Source: Desulfobulbales bacterium (GTDB lineage Bacteria > Desulfobacterota > Desulfobulbia > Desulfobulbales > JAGXFP01). Taken from it: DNA of 44,944 nt. The translations under genes were made by a program, and so were the position numbers. The stretch lies in assembly GCA_029210665.1 (NCBI GenBank), contig JARGFN010000001.1, forward strand, positions 1-44,944, given 5' to 3'. Every line of letters starts with the position of its first letter. Within the stretch, counting starts at the first letter, position 1. Positions 9,047 through 18,890 of the stretch are shown here, piece by piece. The notes under the pieces were generated by a model. The model was not told the origin of the DNA. It searched no databases and saw only the letters and a list, made by a program, of their open reading frames with translations.

Positions 9047-10027
9047 TCAAAGGTTCGCGACCAGTTGCTTGAGTTTGCGCAACAACTCCCGGCTGATCGT
9101 GGCCCGTTCACCGCCAACAATTTTAAAACCGGCCGCGTTACGATGCCCGCCGCCACCGAATTCGGCGGCCACGGCGGCAACGTCGCAATCATTGCCCTTG
9201 GAACGCAAACTCACCGAAACAACGCTGTTCCGGGTTTCCTTGATAAAAGCGGCCACCCGCACCGAAGCCAGGGAGCGCGGGTAGTTGATGAAATTTTCCG
9301 TATCGGCCGACACCGTTGCCGTTTCACTGAACATCTCGGGAGTCACAGTGATAAGGGCGATCCGGCTATCGCCATGGATCTCCAGGGAATCAAGCACCAA
9401 CTTCAAGAGCTTCAGGCGGTTGACCGTAAAGTTTTCGAAAAGCTTGCCGGCGACATCCGCGGGCTTAACACCCCGATTAACCAATTCGGCCGCCACCCGG
9501 AAGGTATCGGCCGAGGTCGACGAGTACATGAAAGAGCCGGTATCGGAAACCACGGCGGTGTACAGGCAGTAGGCCGCCTCATAGGAAATTTCCGCGCCAA
9601 GGGCCGCGACCAGATCGTAGACCATCTCTCCGGTCGAGGCCCGACCGGGATCAATCCAGTGGAGATCCCCGAAATGTTTGTGGCCGGCATGATGATCGAT
9701 CATGATCAGCCGTTTCGCCGTCAACAACTGGGCGGCGCCTTTCCCCATCCGTTGCGCCTCGGCGCAGTCCACACTGACCACGCAGTCAAAACCGGCAAGA
9801 TCCGCCGGTAACGAATGGCGCAGTTTCTCGCAACCCGGCAGGAAATCATAAAGATGACCGGCCTCTTCCTCGCTGTAGAAGAAAACCTCCTTGCCCAACG
9901 ACTCAAGACATTGTCCCAGGGCGAGCTGGGAACCAAGGGCATCGCCATCCGGGTAAATGTGCGCGGCAACCAGGACCCTCCGCGCCGCTTGCAGGGTAGT
10001 TAGAATTTCATTGGGAACCGTAATCAT
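9047..10027 (-). CDS. DHH-family phosphoesterase (NrnA-like oligoribonuclease/pAp phosphatase)
   Basis: Motifs HIYPDGDALGS, MIDHHAGH and GGGGHRNAAG (DHH/DHHA1). I prefer the start at ATG 10027 (MITVPNE), which overlaps the rbfA end by 20 nt. Confidence 0.8.
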   Translation of the reverse strand: MITVPNEILTTLQAARRVLVAAHIYPDGDALGSQLALGQCLESLGKEVFFYSEEEAGHLYDFLPGCEKLRHSLPADLAGFDCVVSVDCAEAQRMGKGAAQLLTAKRLIMIDHHAGHKHFGDLHWIDPGRASTGEMVYDLVAALGAEISYEAAYCLYTAVVSDTGSFMYSSTSADTFRVAAELVNRGVKPADVAGKLFENFTVNRLKLLKLVLDSLEIHGDSRIALITVTPEMFSETATVSADTENFINYPRSLASVRVAAFIKETRNSVVSVSLRSKGNDCDVAAVAAEFGGGGHRNAAGFKIVGGERATISRELLRKLKQLVANL

Positions 10028-10415
10028 CTTCTTCGGCAATCTCCCGGAATATTTTATCCATTTCGGCCATACGCTCGCCCGCCAGGTCGTGCTGAAACTC
10101 AAGGTCCGGCACGTAGCGCATGCCCATCACCCTGGCCAGATGACTCCGCATAAACCCCTTGGCGCTGTTCAGCCCGGCCAGGACCTCTTCGACATTCTCA
10201 TCCAGGCAGCTGAAATAAATCCAGGCCCGCCGCAGATCCGGGGTAACCTTAACCTGGGTAATCGTGACTTTATAGAGCCGCGGGTCCTTGATCTTGCGCA
10301 GCAACAGCAGAGCAACCTCCTGCTTTATGCTGTCGCCGACCCGGGCCGGACGCCGTCCCTCTTTCCGGTCCAGTTCGGGAAGGGCGAACCTCGATCGTGA
10401 TTTTTTCGCCGCCAT
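10008..10415 (-). CDS. rbfA: Ribosome-binding factor A
   Basis: 135 aa immediately after infB, with an RbfA-like core (RVGDSIKQEVALLLLRKIKDPRL). Confidence 0.9.
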   Translation of the reverse strand: MAAKKSRSRFALPELDRKEGRRPARVGDSIKQEVALLLLRKIKDPRLYKVTITQVKVTPDLRRAWIYFSCLDENVEEVLAGLNSAKGFMRSHLARVMGMRYVPDLEFQHDLAGERMAEMDKIFREIAEEDDYGSQ

Positions 10416-10416
10416 T

Positions 10417-13104
10417 CTAGAGGACCCCGGCGACCTCTTTCATAAAGAACGCTTCGATAATATCGCCGACCTTGATATCGTTAAAGTTTTCCAGGCTGAT
10501 TCCGCACTCGAAACCGGACTTAACATCTTTCACATCATCCTTGAAGCGCCGCAGGGAAGCAATCCTGCCGGTGTAGATCACCACCCCGTCCCGGACCAGC
10601 CGCACCTGCGCCTTCCGGTCGATATGACCGTCGGTCACATAACAGCCGGCAATGGTGCCGGCCTTGGGATGACTGAAGGTATCCCTGACCTCGGCGGCGC
10701 CAAACGATTCTTCCTCGTAGGTCGGCTCCAGCAAGCCGGTCATGGCCAGCCGGATATCGTCCAGGGCGTGATAAATAACATCATAGAAGCGGATATCGAC
10801 ATTTTCGTTCTTGGCCAGCTCCTTGGCCTTGGCCGTCGGCCTGACGTTGAACCCGAAAATAAGGGCGCTGGAGGCGGCGGCCAGCAGAATGTCCGACTCA
10901 ATCACCGCGCCGGTGCCGCTGTGAATGATCTTCACCTTGACCTCGGCGGTGCTGAGTTTTTCGATAGCCGAGCTGAAGGCCTCCAGGGTGCCCTGAACAT
11001 CGGCTCGCAGAACGACCCGCAGTTCTTTGATCTCACTCTCTTCGAGATGTTCAAAGAGGTTGTCCAGCGAAATCTTGGTGGTGGTGGCAAGTTCCTTTTC
11101 CCGCTGCTTGATATGGCGCTGACTGCTGATGGTCCGGGCCATTTTTTCGTCCGGCACGACGATGAATTCATCGCCGGCCCGCGGCACCCCGCCCAGGCCG
11201 TGAATCTCGACCGGCATGGAGGGTCCGGCCGTCTCGATATCCTCGCCCTTGTCGTTATGCATCGCCCGGACCCGGCCGTAATGCTCGCCGACCACAAAAG
11301 AGTCGCCGATTTTCACGGTACCCTGCTGGACCAGAACGGTAGCCACCGCGCCGCGCCCTTTGTGGAGATGAGCTTCGACAACCCACCCCTTGGCTTTACG
11401 AACCGGATCGGCCTTCAATTCCAGCACTTCGGCCTGCAGGAGAATCTGCTCCATCAACTCATTGATGCCGATCCCTTCGGTGGCCGAGGTTTCACAGTAG
11501 ATGGTCTGCCCGCCCCACTCCTCCGGGGCAAGATCATATTCGGCCAGCTCGCTCTTAACCCGGTCGGGGTTGGCGTTTTCCTTGTCAATCTTGTTGACGG
11601 CCACCACGATGGGGACGCCGGCGGCCTTGGCATGGTTGATGGCCTCGCGGGTCTGATCCATGACCCCGTCGTCGGCCGCCACGACCAGAACCACTATATC
11701 GGTGACCTGGGCGCCCCGGGAGCGCATCGCCGTAAATGCCTCATGGCCCGGGGTATCGAGAAAAACAACCTCGCCATGGGAGGACCTGACGTGATGAGCC
11801 CCGATATGCTGGGTAATCCCGCCCGCCTCGCCGGCGGCCACATCGGTTTTGCGGATGGCGTCCAGGATCGAGGTCTTGCCATGATCGACATGGCCCATTA
11901 CCGTAACCACCGGCGGCCGGGGAACCACTTCGCCGCCGGCATAGCTTTCTTCGAGATTGATAACGCTCTGCTCCTCGGTAACACCCTGTTCGACTTCAAA
12001 GCCGAAATCGCCGGCAACCAGGGTGGCGGTATCGACATCAAGGGTTTGATTAACTGTGGCCATTATTCCGAGCTTCATCAGACTGGCGATCAATTCATGG
12101 GCCTTCACTCCCATCCGGTGGGCCAGATCCCCGACCGAGATGGACTCCAGGACCTTGATCCGCTTCTTGATGGCCCTGGTCTCGGCCGCCGGCTCGCTGA
12201 GCCGTTGCTTGGACTTCTTGCCGCCGCGCCGACCCCGGCCGCCCATGCGAAGATTACCGGCCAAACGACCGCCGAAGGCATCAACATCTTCCATATCCAC
12301 GGCGACCCGCCCCTTTTTAACGCCGCCGCCTTTTTTGAAGCGCTCTCGGGACGGTTCGGGGGAAAACTTCACATAGCGCTTGCCCTTTTTGCCGCCCTCT
12401 TCCGTCTTGAAATCAGGTTTGGCCGGAGTAACGGCTTCACCGCCGGGCTTAATCCCCGTCTTGCCGGGGGGCTTGCCTTTTTTCTCGCTTTTCTTGGGCC
12501 GCGGCGGCCGCGGTTTTTCTTCCGGGAGGGTGATGGCCGCCTTCTTGATCACCCGGGCCAGACCCGATCGTTTCGGGGCAAGCGCCGGTTTTTCTTCCGG
12601 TTCGACCTGGGGCGTCTCAACCGCTTCGCTCTCCGCGGACTCCTCTCCCATTTCGAGAACGACCTCCTGCCCGCCGGGCTCGCCTTCTCCCGCCGCCTCC
12701 TCCGCGGCGACCTCCGGGGCGGCAACTTTTTCTCCACCCTCCGGTACCGAAACGACCGGCTCTTCCGCGACCTGTTCCTTCACCGGTTCTTGCCCGGCCG
12801 CCTCCCCTGCCTCCATCTCCTGCCGGACCGGCTCTTCATTTTCCGAAACGGTAACGGGTTCTTCCGCCATGACCTTTTTGGTACGCCGCCGGATTATGGT
12901 CGTCCTGCCTTTGGCTTGAATCCTGGTCCGCTCGGTCTCGGTCTTGATCAGGCCAAGTTTCTGGCGCACTTCGTCGGCAGCAACCTCATCGAGCGACGAG
13001 CTGTGAGATTTGACATCGTAGCCCATTTCAATGAGCTTCTCCGCAAGTTCCTTGCCTTCTATTCCGGCTTCTTTCGCCAATGTATAAACTCTGACCTTAG
13101 CCAT
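10417..13104 (-). CDS. infB: Translation initiation factor IF-2
   Basis: 895 aa with G-domain motifs [17 protein letters not shown] and NKIDK, plus a long low-complexity E/P/A/K-rich N-terminus. Confidence 0.97.
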   Translation of the reverse strand: MAKVRVYTLAKEAGIEGKELAEKLIEMGYDVKSHSSSLDEVAADEVRQKLGLIKTETERTRIQAKGRTTIIRRRTKKVMAEEPVTVSENEEPVRQEMEAGEAAGQEPVKEQVAEEPVVSVPEGGEKVAAPEVAAEEAAGEGEPGGQEVVLEMGEESAESEAVETPQVEPEEKPALAPKRSGLARVIKKAAITLPEEKPRPPRPKKSEKKGKPPGKTGIKPGGEAVTPAKPDFKTEEGGKKGKRYVKFSPEPSRERFKKGGGVKKGRVAVDMEDVDAFGGRLAGNLRMGGRGRRGGKKSKQRLSEPAAETRAIKKRIKVLESISVGDLAHRMGVKAHELIASLMKLGIMATVNQTLDVDTATLVAGDFGFEVEQGVTEEQSVINLEESYAGGEVVPRPPVVTVMGHVDHGKTSILDAIRKTDVAAGEAGGITQHIGAHHVRSSHGEVVFLDTPGHEAFTAMRSRGAQVTDIVVLVVAADDGVMDQTREAINHAKAAGVPIVVAVNKIDKENANPDRVKSELAEYDLAPEEWGGQTIYCETSATEGIGINELMEQILLQAEVLELKADPVRKAKGWVVEAHLHKGRGAVATVLVQQGTVKIGDSFVVGEHYGRVRAMHNDKGEDIETAGPSMPVEIHGLGGVPRAGDEFIVVPDEKMARTISSQRHIKQREKELATTTKISLDNLFEHLEESEIKELRVVLRADVQGTLEAFSSAIEKLSTAEVKVKIIHSGTGAVIESDILLAAASSALIFGFNVRPTAKAKELAKNENVDIRFYDVIYHALDDIRLAMTGLLEPTYEEESFGAAEVRDTFSHPKAGTIAGCYVTDGHIDRKAQVRLVRDGVVIYTGRIASLRRFKDDVKDVKSGFECGISLENFNDIKVGDIIEAFFMKEVAGVL

Positions 13105-13197
13105 TATTCACTCCCGAACCATCACATCCCGCCTGCCTTCGTCTTCCCATCAAGGTCAAGGCCAAAATCATCAGGTTAACATTCATTATGCTAGAAA

Positions 13198-13506
13198 TTA
13201 ATTAAAACAATCGGCGCCGTCCCCTCTGTACCCGTCAAGGAGACGCTCAATTAAACCGCAGTCAATCTTATCAACCCGCAAGGCTTTCAGTATCTTGCCC
13301 TTTCTGTTGACAAAGAGCGTCAGACAATCGGCCCGGGGACAACAGTAAACGCCCCGGCCGGCCAGGTTTTTCGCGGGATCTAATTCAACCAGCCCCGCCC
13401 GAACAGCCCCGAAACGAAGCAGTTCCTTCTTCAAAAACCTGCGGCCGCAAGCAAGACAGGTCCGAACCGGCCCCGCACCCCGCTCAGGAAGCCGCCTCGC
13501 CTTCAT
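13198..13506 (-). CDS. ylxR: YlxR/DUF448-family RNA-binding protein
   Basis: Signature RTCLACGRRFLKKELLRF ... GRGVYCC, positioned between nusA and infB. I chose the start at ATG 13506, which overlaps the nusA 3' end. Confidence 0.8.
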   Translation of the reverse strand: MKARRLPERGAGPVRTCLACGRRFLKKELLRFGAVRAGLVELDPAKNLAGRGVYCCPRADCLTLFVNRKGKILKALRVDKIDCGLIERLLDGYRGDGADCFN

Positions 13507-14938
13507 CGCCACCACCGGCCGATTCCGCATCCCGCAGAACAGCAAGCAACTCATCCTTGGTCTTCTTGCTGACCCCGGTAATTCCGGCGGCCGCGCACAT
13601 CTTTCGCAGTTCGGCATTGGTCTTGCCGGCCAGATCGGCCGGCGCCGCACTCCGACCCTCGGTCACCGCCTCCTGCTCATCCTTGTCCGCCTCTTCTCCG
13701 GCGGGGGCCGGGACTGCCGCGGCCGCTTCGATCAGCGCTTCGGCCGTCTTTTCATCAAACAGCTCCAGCGTCATCAGCTCGGCCACGCTGCTCTTGGCCA
13801 GAAGATCACTCGATGTGATCTCGGCATCGTAGAGTTTTTCGGCCAGTTTGTCGTCGACCCCTTCGACCGCCAGCAAGGAGCGATAGTCTTCATCCAGGGA
13901 CATCGCGTACTTCCGCTCGCCCTTGACATCTATGTTCCAGCCCAGCAGTTTCGAGGCCAGTCTGACATTCTGACCCTGCCGGCCAATGGCCAGGGACAGC
14001 TGATCATCGGGGGCCACGACCAGAAGAGTCTTCCGGGCCTCATCGACTACTACCATGGAAACCTGGGCCGGGGCCAGGGCGTTCGAGACAAAGCGGGCCG
14101 GATCGGGACTCCACGGCACGATATCGATCTTTTCGCCCTGGAGTTCCTGGACCACATTCTGAACCCTGGAACCCTTCATGCCGACGCAGGCGCCGACCGG
14201 GTCGACGTCCGACTCGGAGGAAGACACCGCGATCTTGGCCCTTGACCCGGGTTCCCGGACAACACCCATAATCTTGACCACCCCTTCGGCTATCTCCGGC
14301 ACCTCTTCGGTGAAGAGCTGAGACAGGAAATCATCCTCGGTCCGGCTCAGAACCAGCGGCGATTCCCGGGCCGTGCGTTTAACTTCAAGGAGGTACGCCC
14401 TGATCCTGTCTCCGGGCCGGTAAGACCTTCTCGGCATCTGATGGCTGGCCGGAAGCACCGCGTCGGTCCGGCCGAGGTTGACGATAATACTGCCCCGCTC
14501 AAACCGCTGGACGATCCCATTGACGATCTCGCCTTCCCGGCCCTTGTACATCTCATAAACGACATCGCTCTCGGCATCCTTCATTTTCTGAATGATGACC
14601 TGCTTGGCGGATTGGGCGGCAACCCGGCCCAGTTGGGCGACATTATCCATTTTCGAACCGATATCATCACCGAGTTCAACTTCAGGGTCAAGGGCCAGGG
14701 CCTCCTCCAGGGAAATCTCGGTCTGCTCGTCCTCGACCTTCTCGACGACGGTGCGGAACTGGAACAGTTCGATTTCGCCGAGTTCCTCGTTATAGCGGAC
14801 TTCCATATCGCGGCGCTGACCGAATTTTTTCCTGGCCGCCTGCATTACCGCCTCTTCAAGGCTCTCAATAAGCTGGTTTTTATCAATGCCTTTATCCCGG
14901 CTGATCTGGTCAACAATTCTGCTCAACTCAGAAAACAT
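13484..14938 (-). CDS. nusA: Transcription termination/antitermination factor NusA
   Basis: 484 aa with an N-terminal domain, S1 (GEIVNGIVQRFERGSIIVNLG), two KH regions and an acidic C-terminal repeat. Confidence 0.95.
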   Translation of the reverse strand: MFSELSRIVDQISRDKGIDKNQLIESLEEAVMQAARKKFGQRRDMEVRYNEELGEIELFQFRTVVEKVEDEQTEISLEEALALDPEVELGDDIGSKMDNVAQLGRVAAQSAKQVIIQKMKDAESDVVYEMYKGREGEIVNGIVQRFERGSIIVNLGRTDAVLPASHQMPRRSYRPGDRIRAYLLEVKRTARESPLVLSRTEDDFLSQLFTEEVPEIAEGVVKIMGVVREPGSRAKIAVSSSESDVDPVGACVGMKGSRVQNVVQELQGEKIDIVPWSPDPARFVSNALAPAQVSMVVVDEARKTLLVVAPDDQLSLAIGRQGQNVRLASKLLGWNIDVKGERKYAMSLDEDYRSLLAVEGVDDKLAEKLYDAEITSSDLLAKSSVAELMTLELFDEKTAEALIEAAAAVPAPAGEEADKDEQEAVTEGRSAAPADLAGKTNAELRKMCAAAGITGVSKKTKDELLAVLRDAESAGGGDEGEAAS

Positions 14939-15017
14939 AATCTATCTCCACAAAAACGTTTGTCATTCCGGATGGACCCATTCCGAAGATGCGACCCGAC
15001 TAGTAATATAGCGAGGT

Positions 15018-15488
15018 TTAAATTTCAATTTCAAGTTTTGCCTTTTTAATCGAAGCAAAGGGGACCAGCTTGCGATCGCCGTTGAACTCAATGATAACTT
15101 CACCGTTATCAACTTCACCGATCCGGCCGATTAGCGCTTCGGGCCGATCGACAAGCACAATCCTGACCTTCTTCCCCCTGAACCTGACAAAATCCCGCTC
15201 GTTGCGTAAACGCCAGTCGAGACCGGGCGAGGTAACCTCCAGATTATAGGCCTGATCGATCAGGTCTTCAACCTCAAGCAGATGGGCAACCTCGCGGCTG
15301 ACCCGGACGCAATCATCGATTCCTGTCCCGGATTCACGATAGATGACAATCCGTAAAATCTGGCCATGCTGCTCCCGATTGAACTGCACCTCAACCAGTT
15401 CATAGCCGAGATCATCGAGAACCGGCTCAATCAGAGCGGTAACCGCTTGCACAACCGGGTTTCGGTTTTCAATCCCAAAGTCTGACAT
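15018..15488 (-). CDS. rimP: Ribosome maturation factor RimP
   Basis: First gene of the nusA operon. I prefer the start at ATG 15488 (MSDFGIENRNP...) to the upstream extension in the ORF track. Confidence 0.85.
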   Translation of the reverse strand: MSDFGIENRNPVVQAVTALIEPVLDDLGYELVEVQFNREQHGQILRIVIYRESGTGIDDCVRVSREVAHLLEVEDLIDQAYNLEVTSPGLDWRLRNERDFVRFRGKKVRIVLVDRPEALIGRIGEVDNGEVIIEFNGDRKLVPFASIKKAKLEIEI

Positions 15489-15658
15489 AATATAAAAAAA
15501 AAGCGGGCAGCCAGCCCACTTTCCCTTTAACAGAAAAAGATTTTCAAAGGTCGCGCCAAGCGCGACCAACCGTCGGGAACCGGTCCATTACGCCGGTTTG
15601 GCCGAAACCCCCATCCACCGCCCGACGGAAGCGCCGACCGGGCAAGCCCGAAAAAAGC

Positions 15659-15734
15659 TGGAGCGGGAAACGGGATTCGAACCCGCGGCACCAAGCTTGG
15701 GAAGCTTGTACTCTACCAACTGAGCTATTCCCGC
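15659..15734 (-). tRNA. tRNA-Gly (anticodon CCC)
   Basis: 76-nt cloverleaf read on the minus strand: GCGGGAA acceptor, anticodon stem CAAGC/GCTTG, loop TTCCCAA, T-arm GCGGGTTCGAATCCCGT and an encoded CCA. Confidence 0.95.
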
Positions 15735-15745
15735 ATCAAGACGGC

Positions 15746-15773
15746 AATATACTGAATAATCCTGATATGTCAA
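15746..15773 (-). promoter_or_regulatory. Putative sigma70 promoter for tRNA-Gly (and perhaps the rimP-nusA operon)
   Basis: Minus strand reads TTGACA, a 16-nt spacer, then TATATT, 11 nt upstream of the tRNA 5' end. Confidence 0.45.
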
Positions 15774-15834
15774 GGGGATAAAAAGAGAAGGGTATGGCCG
15801 CCGAGAAGCGTATTACTTCAATGTGATCGGCCAC

Positions 15835-17256
15835 TTAAAGGATGTTGCGAACCGCTTCGGTGGCAAGCTCCAGGATGGTATTGGGCGCAACTCCCATAAA
15901 GATAATTACCGCCACCAGGAGAACGCCGACGAACTTCACCAGACCGTCAACCTGAATCGGCTCGACGTTATTCGAATCGGAACAATAGGAGACCCTGACC
16001 ACCGACAGGTAATAGTAGATGGAGATCGCCGTATTGATCGCCGCCATGATAACCAGGGGCAGATGCCCGGCTTGCAGGGCTCCGGCCAGCAACATGAATT
16101 TACCCATGAAGCCGACAAAGGGGGGAATCCCGGCCAGGGCGAACATGGCCACGGCCAGAATCGCCGCCATCAGGGGGGCGCGCCGGGACAGGCCGGTAAG
16201 ATCGTCCACCAGCAGATTCTCCCCCTGCCGGGCGACATTGCAGATGACCAGAAAGGCGGCCAGGTTCATGACCAGATACCCGATCACATAATAGATGGAG
16301 GCCGCGTAGCCCGATTCCTTGAAAACCAGAACCCCGAGCATCAGGTAGCCGGCATGGGCGATCCCGGAGAAACCCAGCATCCTTTTCAGGTCTTTTTGCA
16401 CCAGGGCGAGCAGGTTGCCGTAGAACATCGACACCACCGCCAGGACCGCGATCAGCGAACCCGCCGCCTGCCCGTCCGGCAAATACAAGGCCGCCCCGCG
16501 AATGATCAGGGCCACCGCCGCCAGCTTGGGAACCGCGGCGATAAAGGCCGTAGTCTCATTGGAAGCGCCCTGATAAACATCGGGCATCCAGAAATGGAAG
16601 GGGAAAAGGCCGAGCTTGAAGAAAAACCCGGCCAGGACCATGCTGATCCCGATCACCGCCGCCGGCTGCATGCCGATAACATGCAGTTTGGGCAACAACT
16701 CGGCCAGATAGGTGGTGCCGGTCAAGCCGAACAGATAACTCATTCCGAAGAGCATGATCCCGGTGGCCATTACCCCGAAGATCACGTATTTGGCCGCCGA
16801 CTCCATCTGGGTCCTGACCCCGGTTCGCTCGTCGCGCATCGGCACCAGCAGATAAAGGGCGAAAGAGGAAAGCTCCAGGGCCACAAACAGCGACAGTAAT
16901 TCGACACAGCTGACCACCATCATCAATCCGAGGGTGCTCAACAACAGGAAAAGATAGTATTCGGGCTTGATCTTCCCATCGATCGACTTGAGATCCTGGT
17001 CGAGAAGAACGACCACCCCGAATCCGCCGACCACCAGCAACTTGAAAAGCTGGGAGAAGAGATCGACCTTGTAGGCCCCGAAGAATAGCTCCCCTTCGCT
17101 GAAGAAGGTAGCCGAGATCAGGAGAATGGCGCCGATGGCGATCAACCCGGCCCAGAACCTCGCGACCCTGCCGCTCCCGTCGATAACCGAGATCAGGAAC
17201 AGAATCAGGCTTCCGAGCAACACCCACAATTCGGGGACAAACAACATGCGTTCCAT
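15835..17256 (-). CDS. nuoN: Complex I antiporter-like subunit N
   Basis: 473-aa polytopic protein, last gene of the cluster. NuoN-type motif FHFWMPDVYQGASNETTAFIAAVPK. Confidence 0.85.
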   Translation of the reverse strand: MERMLFVPELWVLLGSLILFLISVIDGSGRVARFWAGLIAIGAILLISATFFSEGELFFGAYKVDLFSQLFKLLVVGGFGVVVLLDQDLKSIDGKIKPEYYLFLLLSTLGLMMVVSCVELLSLFVALELSSFALYLLVPMRDERTGVRTQMESAAKYVIFGVMATGIMLFGMSYLFGLTGTTYLAELLPKLHVIGMQPAAVIGISMVLAGFFFKLGLFPFHFWMPDVYQGASNETTAFIAAVPKLAAVALIIRGAALYLPDGQAAGSLIAVLAVVSMFYGNLLALVQKDLKRMLGFSGIAHAGYLMLGVLVFKESGYAASIYYVIGYLVMNLAAFLVICNVARQGENLLVDDLTGLSRRAPLMAAILAVAMFALAGIPPFVGFMGKFMLLAGALQAGHLPLVIMAAINTAISIYYYLSVVRVSYCSDSNNVEPIQVDGLVKFVGVLLVAVIIFMGVAPNTILELATEAVRNIL

Positions 17257-17338
17257 TTTTCACCTTGTCGAATATTTTCTCATTGCCGGACCGATATCCA
17301 GCGATTCCGGAATGAAAACCATCGCAACAACAAAAAAA

Positions 17339-18868
17339 CTACGGCAGCATCAGTCTGGCCATGGCCACCGGCGCCTCAACCACCGCGCCGTTGACCTGGA
17401 CAAGCAGGTGATTGACGCTGGCATGCATAACCTCGATAAACGGCTCCGGCGACAACCCGATCCAGAAGACGAAAATCAGCAGCGGCGCCAGGGTAAGGCA
17501 CTCGCGCACGTTGAGATCGACCAAGCCGGCGTGACTGGGATTGTCGGTACCGCCCCAGACCACCTTCTGCAGCATCCTCAGCATATAGGCGGCGGCCAGG
17601 ACCGCTCCGGGGATGGCGCAGGCGGCAATCACCTTGTATTTCGTAAACCCGCCGACCAGGATCATAAACTCGCCGACAAACGAATTGGTCCCCGGAAAGG
17701 CCAGCGACGACAGGGAAAAGAAGGCGAGAAAAGTCACATACCAGGGCATGAATTTGCCGACCCCGGCCGCATCGGCCAACTCGCGGCTGTGGGTGCGCTC
17801 ATAGATCATCCCCACACAGAGGAAGAGGGCGCCGGTGGTGACTCCGTGATTGATCATCTGGAGGATCGCCCCCTCTATGCCGATCTTGTTGAGAACGAAG
17901 ATGCCCAGGGTGACGAAGCCCATATGGCCGACGCTGGAATAGGCGATCAGTTTTTTCATGTCTTGCTGGGCCAGGGCGGTAAAGCCACCATAGAGAATAC
18001 CCGCCACCGACAGCCAGAGGATGTAGGGCACGAAGGCGATGGTTGCCGCCGGGGTGATCGGCAGACAGAAACGTAAAAACCCGTAGGTCCCCATCTTCAG
18101 GAGAATGCTGGCCAGAATCACGCTGCCGGCGGTGGGCGCCTCGACATGGGCGGCCGGCAGCCAGGTGTGGAAGGGAAACATCGGCACCTTGATGGCAAAG
18201 GCCAGAAAAAAGGCGAGAAAAACCAGAACCTGAAAGAGATAGGTATACTCCTGGCCCATCATCGCCGGGATAAAGAAGGAACCGTTCCGCAGATAAAGAG
18301 CGATGATCGCCACCAGCAGCAATACCGAGCCCGCCAGGGTATAAAGGAAGAACTTGATGGAGGCATATACCTTGCGCGGTCCGCCCCAGATCGCGATCAT
18401 CAGATACATCGGGATCAGCATCGCCTCCCATAATATGTAGAACAGGACAAAATCGAGGGCGACGAAAACCCCGATCATCGAAGTCTCCATGATCAACAGA
18501 CAGGCCATGAATTCCCGCACCCGCTTCTGGATATAGGACCAGGAGCCCAGCACGCAAAGGGGCATGATCAGGGTGGTCATCAGGACCAGCAGCAAACTGA
18601 TGCCGTCAACCCCCAGGGTGTAATTGATATTCCAGGCCGGTATCCAGGCATGATGCTCGGCGAACTGATATTTGGCCGTGGCCAGGTCAAAGCCGAAATA
18701 GAGGGGCAGCGAACAGAGCGCCGCGGCCAGGGTCACCAGCAGGGTCCAGATCTTGGCGAAAAGATCACTGTCGATCAGAAACAGGCCCAGAACCCCGGCC
18801 AGGGGCAAAAAGATCAGGATACTCAGAAAGGGCATGACCCCGTCTTTTATGATCAGAACATCATCCAT
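17339..18868 (-). CDS. nuoM: Complex I antiporter-like subunit M
   Basis: 509 aa with the NuoM/MrpD-type motif FHTWLPAAHVEAPTAGSVILASILLKMG. Confidence 0.9.
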   Translation of the reverse strand: MDDVLIIKDGVMPFLSILIFLPLAGVLGLFLIDSDLFAKIWTLLVTLAAALCSLPLYFGFDLATAKYQFAEHHAWIPAWNINYTLGVDGISLLLVLMTTLIMPLCVLGSWSYIQKRVREFMACLLIMETSMIGVFVALDFVLFYILWEAMLIPMYLMIAIWGGPRKVYASIKFFLYTLAGSVLLLVAIIALYLRNGSFFIPAMMGQEYTYLFQVLVFLAFFLAFAIKVPMFPFHTWLPAAHVEAPTAGSVILASILLKMGTYGFLRFCLPITPAATIAFVPYILWLSVAGILYGGFTALAQQDMKKLIAYSSVGHMGFVTLGIFVLNKIGIEGAILQMINHGVTTGALFLCVGMIYERTHSRELADAAGVGKFMPWYVTFLAFFSLSSLAFPGTNSFVGEFMILVGGFTKYKVIAACAIPGAVLAAAYMLRMLQKVVWGGTDNPSHAGLVDLNVRECLTLAPLLIFVFWIGLSPEPFIEVMHASVNHLLVQVNGAVVEAPVAMARLMLP

Positions 18869-18890
18869 TTTTTTCCCCAGATGACTTGGA

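Noticed and set aside
10288-13179. 963-aa plus-strand ORF spanning the whole infB region
   Set aside because: It is antisense to an unambiguous IF-2 gene with intact G-domain motifs. Its translation is a low-complexity Gly/Arg/Leu/Phe/Pro run with no recognisable domain. Long stop-free antisense frames are expected in GC-rich coding DNA.
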